Below the pieces are notes generated by a model. The model searched no databases, had not been told where the DNA came from, and was given only the letters and a program-made list of their open reading frames with translations. DNA of 64,000 nt from an uncultured Candidatus Binatia bacterium (GTDB lineage Bacteria; Desulfobacterota; Binatia; UBA9968; CAXXLF01). The position numbers and the translations under genes were made by a program. Positions 10,134 to 18,302 of the stretch are shown here, piece after piece. The stretch spans positions 3,840,001-3,904,000 of the forward strand of contig OZ244621.1 in assembly GCA_965218425.1 (NCBI GenBank), read 5' to 3'. How positions within the stretch are numbered: position 1 is the stretch's first letter; every line of letters begins with the position of its first letter.

Positions 10134-11210
10134 TTATTTTTCTTTCTTCTTGCCCCTTCGAACCCCAAGGGTGGTGGACCACCAGTTTGTGGCCTTCTTT
10201 TGATTCGCCCGGGTCTGGTACGCAATGGGAAGGACCTCAACCTCGACTCCGAGCTCAGATAGTTTCTTACCCGCAATGGACTTCGCCCGGGCCTCTAGAT
10301 CTATGGGTGGGACGGCATGCGCATCGCTGTAATTGAGCAGACCCTCTTCCGACAGAAGATATTCAATCAGCAGCTTCGATGCATTCGGATGGGCCACCAA
10401 TCTAGGTTGCGCAATGCATCGTGTGGACCCGACGATTTTATCCACCTTAACAAATTTCAATGGAGCCCCCTTTGCCTGAAACTGCAATCCCTCATTAAGT
10501 GGGTTCAAGAGCAGGACGGCGTAGGACCCGCCCACCAGCAGCTCGTTTGGCCCTTTGAAGCCGCGGCCCACTCTGGGCTTACTCTTGCTGATCACTTCGC
10601 CCCAGTAGTCAAAAGCCTTCTCCCAATTCAAGCTCCCATCCTTATCTCTCCATTGGTAAGCAAACATGAGTGGAGCATTGGCTCCAGAAGAGGAGATCAA
10701 GGTCTTTCCCTTGCCCCAAGTTGGGTTTTTTAAATCCTCCCAAGATTTTGGTGCCTTGTCCGGCGGTAACAGGTCGGGGTTATAGGTGGGCAGAAATAGC
10801 TGCACCGTGATGTTTCTCCAATAACTATGGTTGGGCTGATAAGGCCAATTGTTCGCCTTTTCCGGCCAATCGTAAGCGGCTAAGGCATTGGCGGCCTTCA
10901 AGCGAGGTAGTTGTCTGAGGCTGGTGATGACAACGTCCGCTGACCGCTTGTCCACCTTGGATTCTTCAATCAGCTTGTTGGCTAAGGGAGTACTGAAGGA
11001 GCTCCAAACCTTAACCTTTATCGAAGGGTATCGTTTTTTGAACCCGGCAAGGACTTTGTCCTTGTTACGCATAGCAGTGACCCAAAATACCACTTCGCCC
11101 TCTTTTTTCGCAGCCTCAATGGTTTCCTGATCGGCCCCCTTTACAATAGCCGGCGCCAAAAATAGCGTCAGTGCCGTAACAACAGAAACGGTTCGGATCA
11201 ACACTTTCAT
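10134..11210 (-). CDS. ABC transporter extracellular solute-binding protein
   Basis: Start reassigned to ATG 11210 (SD GGAGG); signal peptide, AAKKEGEV, PKSWEDL and HPNASKLLIEYLLS motifs. Confidence 0.88.
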   Translation of the reverse strand: MKVLIRTVSVVTALTLFLAPAIVKGADQETIEAAKKEGEVVFWVTAMRNKDKVLAGFKKRYPSIKVKVWSSFSTPLANKLIEESKVDKRSADVVITSLRQLPRLKAANALAAYDWPEKANNWPYQPNHSYWRNITVQLFLPTYNPDLLPPDKAPKSWEDLKNPTWGKGKTLISSSGANAPLMFAYQWRDKDGSLNWEKAFDYWGEVISKSKPRVGRGFKGPNELLVGGSYAVLLLNPLNEGLQFQAKGAPLKFVKVDKIVGSTRCIAQPRLVAHPNASKLLIEYLLSEEGLLNYSDAHAVPPIDLEARAKSIAGKKLSELGVEVEVLPIAYQTRANQKKATNWWSTTLGVRRGKKKEK

Positions 11211-11400
11211 CAGATTCCTCCTATTCATTAATGTTAGATACTGATCAATCCGGCAACTCCCCCCCCCCCACCTCACGTACACATGCCCCAGTCAATTAGT
11301 ACAAGTTCCAACAAGTGTCAAGCGGCGTACGGATTCTCACCTGACGCCTTCTGACCGCGTAACCAAATTCCGGATGACAACCGGGGCCGAGGCGGGAGAA

Positions 11401-12660
11401 CTAAGCCCTTCCTTCGGCTATGAGCTGTTCGCAGTAATCCTTCCAAGTTGTGGATGTGGGTACCACTGCGGAGTACACCACCATATGCGGGAAGCGGTTC
11501 AACTCGGGGTCTCTGATCACATGGGCCGGATCGCGGCCCTCCTGCACATCCTGAATGGCCTTTAACAGCACCTTCCTCTGTGCCACGATGCCCCGATCCG
11601 AGGACACAAGGTGTTCCAGGGTCCTGTCCTGTATGGCCCCCATCCCCTCAGTCACGCAGAGATCATGGATTTGAAAGTTGTAGCCGATGCCGCTGTAGCA
11701 TTCGGATTTCATGGTCTCCCGGTCCTGCTGGTAGCGATTCTCCCGATTACGAATAGGCTTAAAATCAGCCGTCATGTCCGCCCGCCCCCTGCGCATCAGC
11801 TCCTTATCCAGCGGTTTCTCCCGATTAAAGGTAAACGTATACTTCCAATGGTGGGTATCGTCGATGGGAACATGCCAGTTGCACGAGTATCCACCCCATC
11901 CCTGTTGGCCTCCAGGAAAGGTGGCGAGGCTGGGCAGGACAAAGTTCTGGTACCGTAGATCATGCTTGTCGGGTCCGACTTTTTTCACTTTACAGGTACG
12001 GACCCCGAAATCCACCAGCTCCAACTCCACCGTTTCCAAGGTGGGAGACAACCCTCTGGAGCAAAGTTCTGTGAACTGATCCGCGCTGCTTCGGGACCCC
12101 CGGTCGGTGTAGTGCAGGAAGGAGACGTGAATCGGATCGAAGTTTCCCTCGTTCCCTTGAAGGTAATTGCAGCTATGGTAGAGCTTGATGGCAAAGACTT
12201 GTTGTTCAGGCACCGTAAGAAACTCATAATTGGGGAGCAGCGGAGGCTCCCCCGGTCCAAGGTAAGCAAAGATGACTCCGGACCGTTCAGTACATGGGTA
12301 AGCTCGTTGACGGATCTCCTCCCGATGCTTCCCCCCCTCCGGCTCCCCGGGTTGGTCGAGACAACGGCCTTTGATATCGTAAAGCCAACCATGGTAGATG
12401 CACCGTAGTCCCCCGTCCTCTACGCGGCCATAACTTAAATCCGCCCCCCGGTGTGAACAATGAACATCCAACAGGCCAGGTCGTCCTTGTTGGTCCCGGA
12501 ACATGACCAGGTCCTCGCCCAGCAATCTGACCGGCAACGGAGCCCCACCGGCCGGCAAATCCTCCGACAGCGCCGCCGGCTGCCAATAGCGCCTCATCAT
12601 GTCCCCACAGGGGGTCCCAGGACCAGTTTTTACCAGAAGGTCATTTTCTTCCTTTGTCAT
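11401..12660 (-). CDS. Rieske non-heme iron oxygenase alpha subunit (phthalate dioxygenase/LigX-like)
   Basis: Rieske CSHRG...CIYHGW; mononuclear Fe motif EGNFDPIHVSFLH; N-terminal GPGTPCGDMMRRYW. Confidence 0.92.
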   Translation of the reverse strand: MTKEENDLLVKTGPGTPCGDMMRRYWQPAALSEDLPAGGAPLPVRLLGEDLVMFRDQQGRPGLLDVHCSHRGADLSYGRVEDGGLRCIYHGWLYDIKGRCLDQPGEPEGGKHREEIRQRAYPCTERSGVIFAYLGPGEPPLLPNYEFLTVPEQQVFAIKLYHSCNYLQGNEGNFDPIHVSFLHYTDRGSRSSADQFTELCSRGLSPTLETVELELVDFGVRTCKVKKVGPDKHDLRYQNFVLPSLATFPGGQQGWGGYSCNWHVPIDDTHHWKYTFTFNREKPLDKELMRRGRADMTADFKPIRNRENRYQQDRETMKSECYSGIGYNFQIHDLCVTEGMGAIQDRTLEHLVSSDRGIVAQRKVLLKAIQDVQEGRDPAHVIRDPELNRFPHMVVYSAVVPTSTTWKDYCEQLIAEGRA

Positions 12661-12724
12661 TTACGGTGCCTCCTCGAATGGGTTGCTATTGAGTCGACTG
12701 CGATTCCAAGGGCCCTGGTCACAA

Positions 12725-13850
12725 TTACGACTTCCCCGCTTCCTTCAATAGCTTCTTGACGAAATTCGTGACGTCGGCTTTCCTCCTCAACCACTCATGC
12801 TGCTCCATATTGATGTACTTGACACCTTTTTCCCGTCGACTCGTAACTGGCAGATAGTCTTTGGAAATATCCACTCGACGGGAATTGGGCGCGTCGGCCG
12901 GATGAAAGGACCTCTGGAGGGCAAGCTGACCCTTTGGGGACAAGAACCAATTAATAAATACCTTTGCCGCATTGGGATGGGGATGTCCGTTGATGAGCGA
13001 CAAGGCCCCGTATCCTTTGGCGCTCATATCGATCCCCTCCTTCCAACGGACTATCATCTGATCCACGGGCAATCTCTGCGCCTTGGCGGCGGTGATGCGT
13101 TGACAAAACAAGCAGATGGAGTATTTACCCACGCTCAACCAATCCACCGGTTGGTGCCGATTTCTCGAAACCGTGATGTCCATCCCGCCGAAGAGCCGTC
13201 GCAAATATGTCGGACCCAGTTGCGGATTGAAGTAAAGAAACCGGATCTGGGACCTCCCGGCCTGGGGATCAAAAGCCACCATCTTGCCTTTCCATTTCGG
13301 ATCGAGAAAATCCCGGTAGGATTTGAAACCGGCGGGGTCAACCAGTTTCGTATTGTAACTGGCGGACCCGCCGCGCGGGTTGGAGGTATGCAAGAAAACG
13401 TACTGGCCGTCATGGTCCACATACTCGTGCTTACCTTCAAACCATTTCGAGGTATCCCTTACCGCCGGTAGGATTAGTGCGGGGGGAATTGGATCCAAGA
13501 TCTTTGCCGCATGCATCTCCGGATAGGGAGGGAAGGCTCCGCTGATCATCACGTCGGCCAAATATTTGCCGGCCCGTCGCTCTGCCATGATCCGGGGGAA
13601 CAAAACACTTCCTTTTCCCGTTACGCTGACAACTTTGATTTCAGGGTACTCTCTTGTGAACTCCTTTAGGAAAGCGTCGTAGGAAATAAAGACGGTGACT
13701 TGGCCTTCCTTTTTAGCCGCCTCGACTGTTTTCTCCCATATGGACTGCCATTTCTGCTGTGCGCTAGCGGTTCGAACCCATCCTGAAATAAATGGCTCCC
13801 ATGAAAAACAGTGCCCCCACAAAAAAAATACGCAAAACAATTTCTCTCAT
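12725..13850 (-). CDS. ABC solute-binding protein, probable frameshift in the signal peptide
   Basis: Body WEKTVEAAKKEGQV...HPNAAKVFINWFLS is open 12725-13840. The best-looking start (ATG 13850, MREIVLRIFFVGALFFMGAI) is in another frame. Confidence 0.8.
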
Positions 13851-13866
13851 ATCGGCTCTCCTTCCG

Positions 13867-15330
13867 TTAACTTGGGAAAATCAGCGACTTGATGACCACC
13901 GGCACCGCGCCGGAGGAGGGAATAAAGCTGCCGATATCCACGAAGTCGAATTCGCTGAGTTGAATGCCGTCGATGGAGATAACGGGATTGGCCACCCCCA
14001 CCTCCTCCTTCATATGGATTCCCAGTAGTCCCCCGATGTCGCCGTCTGATACCAATACGATGGGGTTCCCTCCTGCCAGTATTTGTTTCAAACCATCGAC
14101 GATCCCCCGGCACAGGGCATTGAGACGATGGTAGGTGGCGGACCCGCTCCATTGCACCATGATGGCAACGGGTTTTTCCGTTTGATTCAAGTCAAAGCGG
14201 CGCAGGGCGTCATCTATGGCTGACCCAACTGACTTGGAATCAATGTCCTCTATTAAGGGCAACTCGGGTCGAATCACAGGCATGTTACGAACGGGCAACG
14301 CTTCAAGGGTAGAGATGTAAATCGTGCTGCCGCTCACCTGGACCGTGTACTGGGAAGCGCCGATGACGGTGGCACGGATTCCGGCCACCGGTTCCAGCAC
14401 CTCCGCACCCCCATTTGGCAAACGCGCGCGTATTTCCGTGGCAAGGAGCTGTCCCAGGTCGCCAAAGGTCTGGCTCTGACGGTCGTATATGAATTCAGAG
14501 ACGCCGCCGGAAAACACGATTCCATGGACCTCTCCGTCGTAAACCAAGGGTGGTGTGCGAAGGAGCTCCTGTGTGGAGAGCGGCAATGGCTTTAGCCGAA
14601 TCACAGGCAGAAGTTGCTCCGCCATATGGCCCGCCAAAGCCTTCATCTGTTCCGTCGCAAGGCGCTCGCCCATGGCTAGCTTCAAGCCAAGCCGCTCAGC
14701 CATGCGGTGACCGGCCTCCTCAAGTCCGATGAGGCACTGATCCTCGTCCACTACCACTAGGCGGGCGCCGACGTTTAGGGCAGCCGTTTCCAAGACCTTG
14801 CCACCCTGACAAACGGCAAATTTAACCGTGCCGCCACCCATGTCCACGTTCAATATCGTTCGTTGCCCCTGTGCGGAGAGAGCCACGGCTCCTGAACCAT
14901 GAGCCGCCATGATGGCTTCCAGGCTATCTCCAGCACTCACGGCGACGAAACGGCCCGTTTCCTTCGCAAAGAGTTCTGCAATGGCACGCGAGTTTTCACG
15001 CTCCAGCGCGACACCCGTCAGGATCAGCGCCCCCGTGTCGATGTCCTCACGGCTGAGGCCGGCCAAATCATATTGAAATGAAATGAATTCTCCCAGGGCC
15101 TCCCCATCAATGGTAGTACCGGTGCGGTAAGGGGTGAGAAGGATGTTGGACTCGTAGTGAAGGCGTCGTCCCACCGTCACGTAACGGCTCTCCACCCGCT
15201 CTAGTTCGAGACGGGAAAAGATCAGATGACTGGTGGAGGAGCCAATATCCACGCCGACGCTGGTGAGCTCGATGTGATCCTCTTCCGCTAACTGACGGCC
15301 GGGTGCGGTGAATCGAAGGGCTTCAGCCAT
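13867..15330 (-). CDS. eutA: EutA-like (ethanolamine ammonia-lyase reactivase family) ASKHA ATPase
   Basis: SVGVDIGSSTSHLIFSRL, ILLTPY, TGALILTG, AHGSGA, NVDMGGGT, FSGGVSE, IRATVIGAS, VPVVIKSLIF. Confidence 0.85.
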   Translation of the reverse strand: MAEALRFTAPGRQLAEEDHIELTSVGVDIGSSTSHLIFSRLELERVESRYVTVGRRLHYESNILLTPYRTGTTIDGEALGEFISFQYDLAGLSREDIDTGALILTGVALERENSRAIAELFAKETGRFVAVSAGDSLEAIMAAHGSGAVALSAQGQRTILNVDMGGGTVKFAVCQGGKVLETAALNVGARLVVVDEDQCLIGLEEAGHRMAERLGLKLAMGERLATEQMKALAGHMAEQLLPVIRLKPLPLSTQELLRTPPLVYDGEVHGIVFSGGVSEFIYDRQSQTFGDLGQLLATEIRARLPNGGAEVLEPVAGIRATVIGASQYTVQVSGSTIYISTLEALPVRNMPVIRPELPLIEDIDSKSVGSAIDDALRRFDLNQTEKPVAIMVQWSGSATYHRLNALCRGIVDGLKQILAGGNPIVLVSDGDIGGLLGIHMKEEVGVANPVISIDGIQLSEFDFVDIGSFIPSSGAVPVVIKSLIFPS

Positions 15331-15344
15331 AGCGTGAAATACAG

Positions 15345-16559
15345 CTACGAGCCGCGCGGCGCGTAGAGGGACTCCGACATACGAAATTCAACGCCTACCT
15401 TTGCCAGCTCCCGTTGAAAGGTCTTGCGCACGTGGGGGTCTTCGATATCGTAGCCAATGGTGAGCCCGCCGTCCCGAATGTCGGCGTTGGGACTGATGGT
15501 AACTTTTGGGTCTTTTTCTTTTCCACCACGGCGGCCACGCTGTTCCCCGAAGATATTGGGACCCAACAGGGCCAGGAAGCGAAGCGGCTCCGTCCCCACC
15601 CCGTAATGGGCGTGAAAGAACCCCGCACCCAGAGGCGACGAACACACCATCCCGCCGGGAACATAGTCCTGGCGCAAGACTTGATCGCCCTTATTATCCT
15701 TCCAGGGATTGATTCCCAGTTCGTTGGGCCAGGTAAAGGTATATCCTTTGCCCCCTAGGCAGAGCAGGACTGCCGCGGTGGCTCCCGAACCTTCGCCTCG
15801 GTGGGCCATGGCGTAACGCCCCTGGGCATGCTCCCCCACAAAGACATGCAAAGCCTGATTTCCGGCCATGTGCGGCTCGATGCGGCGATAGCCGGGGCTG
15901 CGCTGGTTGTCCAGTGGGAGCTCGCACAGGGCGATATCCGGTATAATGTTGCTCTGCACCACCGCCCGACCCGTGATGGGGTGAGGCACCACTTCGAGAT
16001 TGGGCTTGAAGAAAGCTTCGGCTTCATCATAGCGATCGGTGAAATTGAAGTCGCTCTCAAAGACGAACCGCAGGTTATTGAACTGGTTGATGAGTGTGGG
16101 GGCACTGGTAACTGCGATCAGCAATGCGGGGCTTGAGGTAGCGTTCACCAAACGGTGAGAGGTATTCACCGGGATGGAAAATAGGCTGCCCGGCTGCCAC
16201 TCAAAGGCTTGCCTCTTGGCAGCTCCCTCACGCCAAACCTCTGTACTGCCCCTGCCCTCCACCACATAAAACAGCTCCTCATAGATGTGGTGTTCGGGAT
16301 TTAAGGCTCCTGCCGGAGGTACCTCCACCACATACATGCCCCGGCCGGTGGTGCCGAGGAGATAGATGTAGGAGCCCCGACCACCCATGCGTTTCCAGGG
16401 TCCTAGGGTCAGATCCCTGACATCGCGGATTCCAATGGAATTCCGGTAAACCGGAATCCCCTCTTCCTCCATAAAACGCTCATAGGGAGAAGACACCCGC
16501 TCATAGCGCAGACTACCAGCTACTTCCTGCTCGCCTTGTGGTTCATGGAATCCAGCCAT
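15345..16559 (-). CDS. Bicupin protein (gentisate-dioxygenase-like cupin family)
   Basis: PEHHIYEELFYVVEGRGSTEVW...FEWQPGSLFSIPVNTSH; second domain AHR...FHAHY. Confidence 0.8.
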   Translation of the reverse strand: MAGFHEPQGEQEVAGSLRYERVSSPYERFMEEEGIPVYRNSIGIRDVRDLTLGPWKRMGGRGSYIYLLGTTGRGMYVVEVPPAGALNPEHHIYEELFYVVEGRGSTEVWREGAAKRQAFEWQPGSLFSIPVNTSHRLVNATSSPALLIAVTSAPTLINQFNNLRFVFESDFNFTDRYDEAEAFFKPNLEVVPHPITGRAVVQSNIIPDIALCELPLDNQRSPGYRRIEPHMAGNQALHVFVGEHAQGRYAMAHRGEGSGATAAVLLCLGGKGYTFTWPNELGINPWKDNKGDQVLRQDYVPGGMVCSSPLGAGFFHAHYGVGTEPLRFLALLGPNIFGEQRGRRGGKEKDPKVTISPNADIRDGGLTIGYDIEDPHVRKTFQRELAKVGVEFRMSESLYAPRGS

Positions 16560-16825
16560 TTTTCTCTCCTCTCAGATGTTTCGGGCCTCTGTTGGCCGTT
16601 GGGACTTCCCAATATTCACGGATTCGAGACGTTTTCTCACTTAGCCGACCCCTATCACCGTGAAAAAAAGGTGTCAACTCGGAAGCTTGTGTTGAATGCC
16701 TAGGGAGACATTCTGACCTGAATTAAACTTATCTTCGCCTGAACTGTTGAGATTAACCTTAGCCCTATGTCATAAAGTGTGGCTGGAGTTCAAGTCAATG
16801 AACTACTTTCGGAGGAACACTCGAC

Positions 16826-17332
16826 ATGGCATCTGAGCCACAGGACGCAGCCATATCCATAACGGTCAACGTCAACGGCACACGCCATCAATCCGACGTG
16901 GAGCCGAGGCTGCTGCTTGTTCACTATCTTCGGGATGGGCTGGGGCTAACAGGAACCCACGTGGGGTGCGATACGAGCCAGTGCGGTGCCTGTACGGTCC
17001 ACTTGAACGGGCGTGCAGTGAAGTCCTGTACCCTTCTCGCCGTTCAGGCCAACGGGGCGGAGGTGGCCACCATTGAAGGTCTTGGAGGCGAAGGGACACT
17101 GCATCCGGTGCAGGAAGGATTTCACGAAAAACACGGGTTGCAGTGCGGTTATTGCACACCGGGCATCATCATGACCGCAGTGGACTTGCTAAAAAGCAAT
17201 TCGAACCCAACGGAAGACGAGATTAAACACGCCCTTGAAGGTAACCTCTGTCGCTGCACAGGTTACGTCAACATTATTGAGGCAATTAAATGGGCGGCGG
17301 CACGGATGAGAGGCGATCATGTTTCCAGCTAG
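16826..17332 (+). CDS. coxS: Molybdenum hydroxylase 2Fe-2S subunit (CoxS-like)
   Basis: GCDTSQCGACTV...KSC, QCGYCTPG, GNLCRCTGY. Confidence 0.92.
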   Translation: MASEPQDAAISITVNVNGTRHQSDVEPRLLLVHYLRDGLGLTGTHVGCDTSQCGACTVHLNGRAVKSCTLLAVQANGAEVATIEGLGGEGTLHPVQEGFHEKHGLQCGYCTPGIIMTAVDLLKSNSNPTEDEIKHALEGNLCRCTGYVNIIEAIKWAAARMRGDHVSS

Positions 17333-18197
17333 CTTCGGATACGTCGCACCCCATTCTCTCGAGGATGCCCTCCAGCTACTAACCCGGTACGGAGGGGATG
17401 CCAAGTTACTTGCGGGGGGACATAGCCTTATCCCAGCCATGAAGCTCAGGTTGGCGGCCCCCCGTGCCCTGATCGATCTTGGCCAGGTACCAGGTCTCAG
17501 GGGGATACGGGAGGATGGAGGTAACCTGGTGATTGGCGCACTGACTGTGCATGCAGACGTTGCCTCGTCCGAGGCCGTACGTCGGCTTCTGCCTGGCTTG
17601 GCCACCGCGGCCGCGAGTATCGGGGACTGGCAGGTGAGAAATCGGGGAACCATCGGCGGCAGTGTCGCCCATGCCGATCCAGCGGCGGACTTTCCCGTTA
17701 TCCTAACCGCGCTAAACGCATCGTTCGTTCTAGTCTCGCCATCCGGCAGACGAAACGTTTCCGTCGATGACTTCTTCGTCGATTATTACACCACTGCCCT
17801 GGCTTCGAACGAAGTCCTCACGGAGATTATCGTCCCATTACCCCTTTCCGGTACCGGCACCGCCTACGCGAAGCTGGAGCACCCTGCATCAAGGTACGTC
17901 GTCGTGAGCGCGGGGGCACTGATCACCCGGCGCCCCGCCGGGCAATGCGAGTCAGCAAGAATAGTCATTGGCGGGTTGGGAAGCGGCCCGATACGCGCAC
18001 AGGCTACGGAGATGGCCCTTCAGGGAATGACCCTCACAAAGGAAGTTATCGCTGCAGCGGCATCCAAGGCCGCTGACGGCACGAATCCAGATGGAGACAT
18101 CTATGCAAGCGCGCACTACAAGCGACAAACGGCCACGGTTTACGCCCGGCGTGCCATGGAGGAAGCCGCGGAAGGCATGGGAGATACAGACAAATAA
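17319..18197 (+). CDS. coxM: Molybdenum hydroxylase FAD subunit (CoxM-like)
   Basis: AGGHSLIPAMKLRLA, QVRNRGTIGGSVAHADPAAD. Confidence 0.92.
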   Translation: MFPASFGYVAPHSLEDALQLLTRYGGDAKLLAGGHSLIPAMKLRLAAPRALIDLGQVPGLRGIREDGGNLVIGALTVHADVASSEAVRRLLPGLATAAASIGDWQVRNRGTIGGSVAHADPAADFPVILTALNASFVLVSPSGRRNVSVDDFFVDYYTTALASNEVLTEIIVPLPLSGTGTAYAKLEHPASRYVVVSAGALITRRPAGQCESARIVIGGLGSGPIRAQATEMALQGMTLTKEVIAAAASKAADGTNPDGDIYASAHYKRQTATVYARRAMEEAAEGMGDTDK

Positions 18198-18302
18198 AAA
18201 TGAAGAATCTCGTTCGCGCTCGTGCTCGTATTGATCACGGACACGAAGCACAAATACAAAGACATGGAATCTACTCAAAAAGATTCTAATAGAGGCATCG
18301 TA

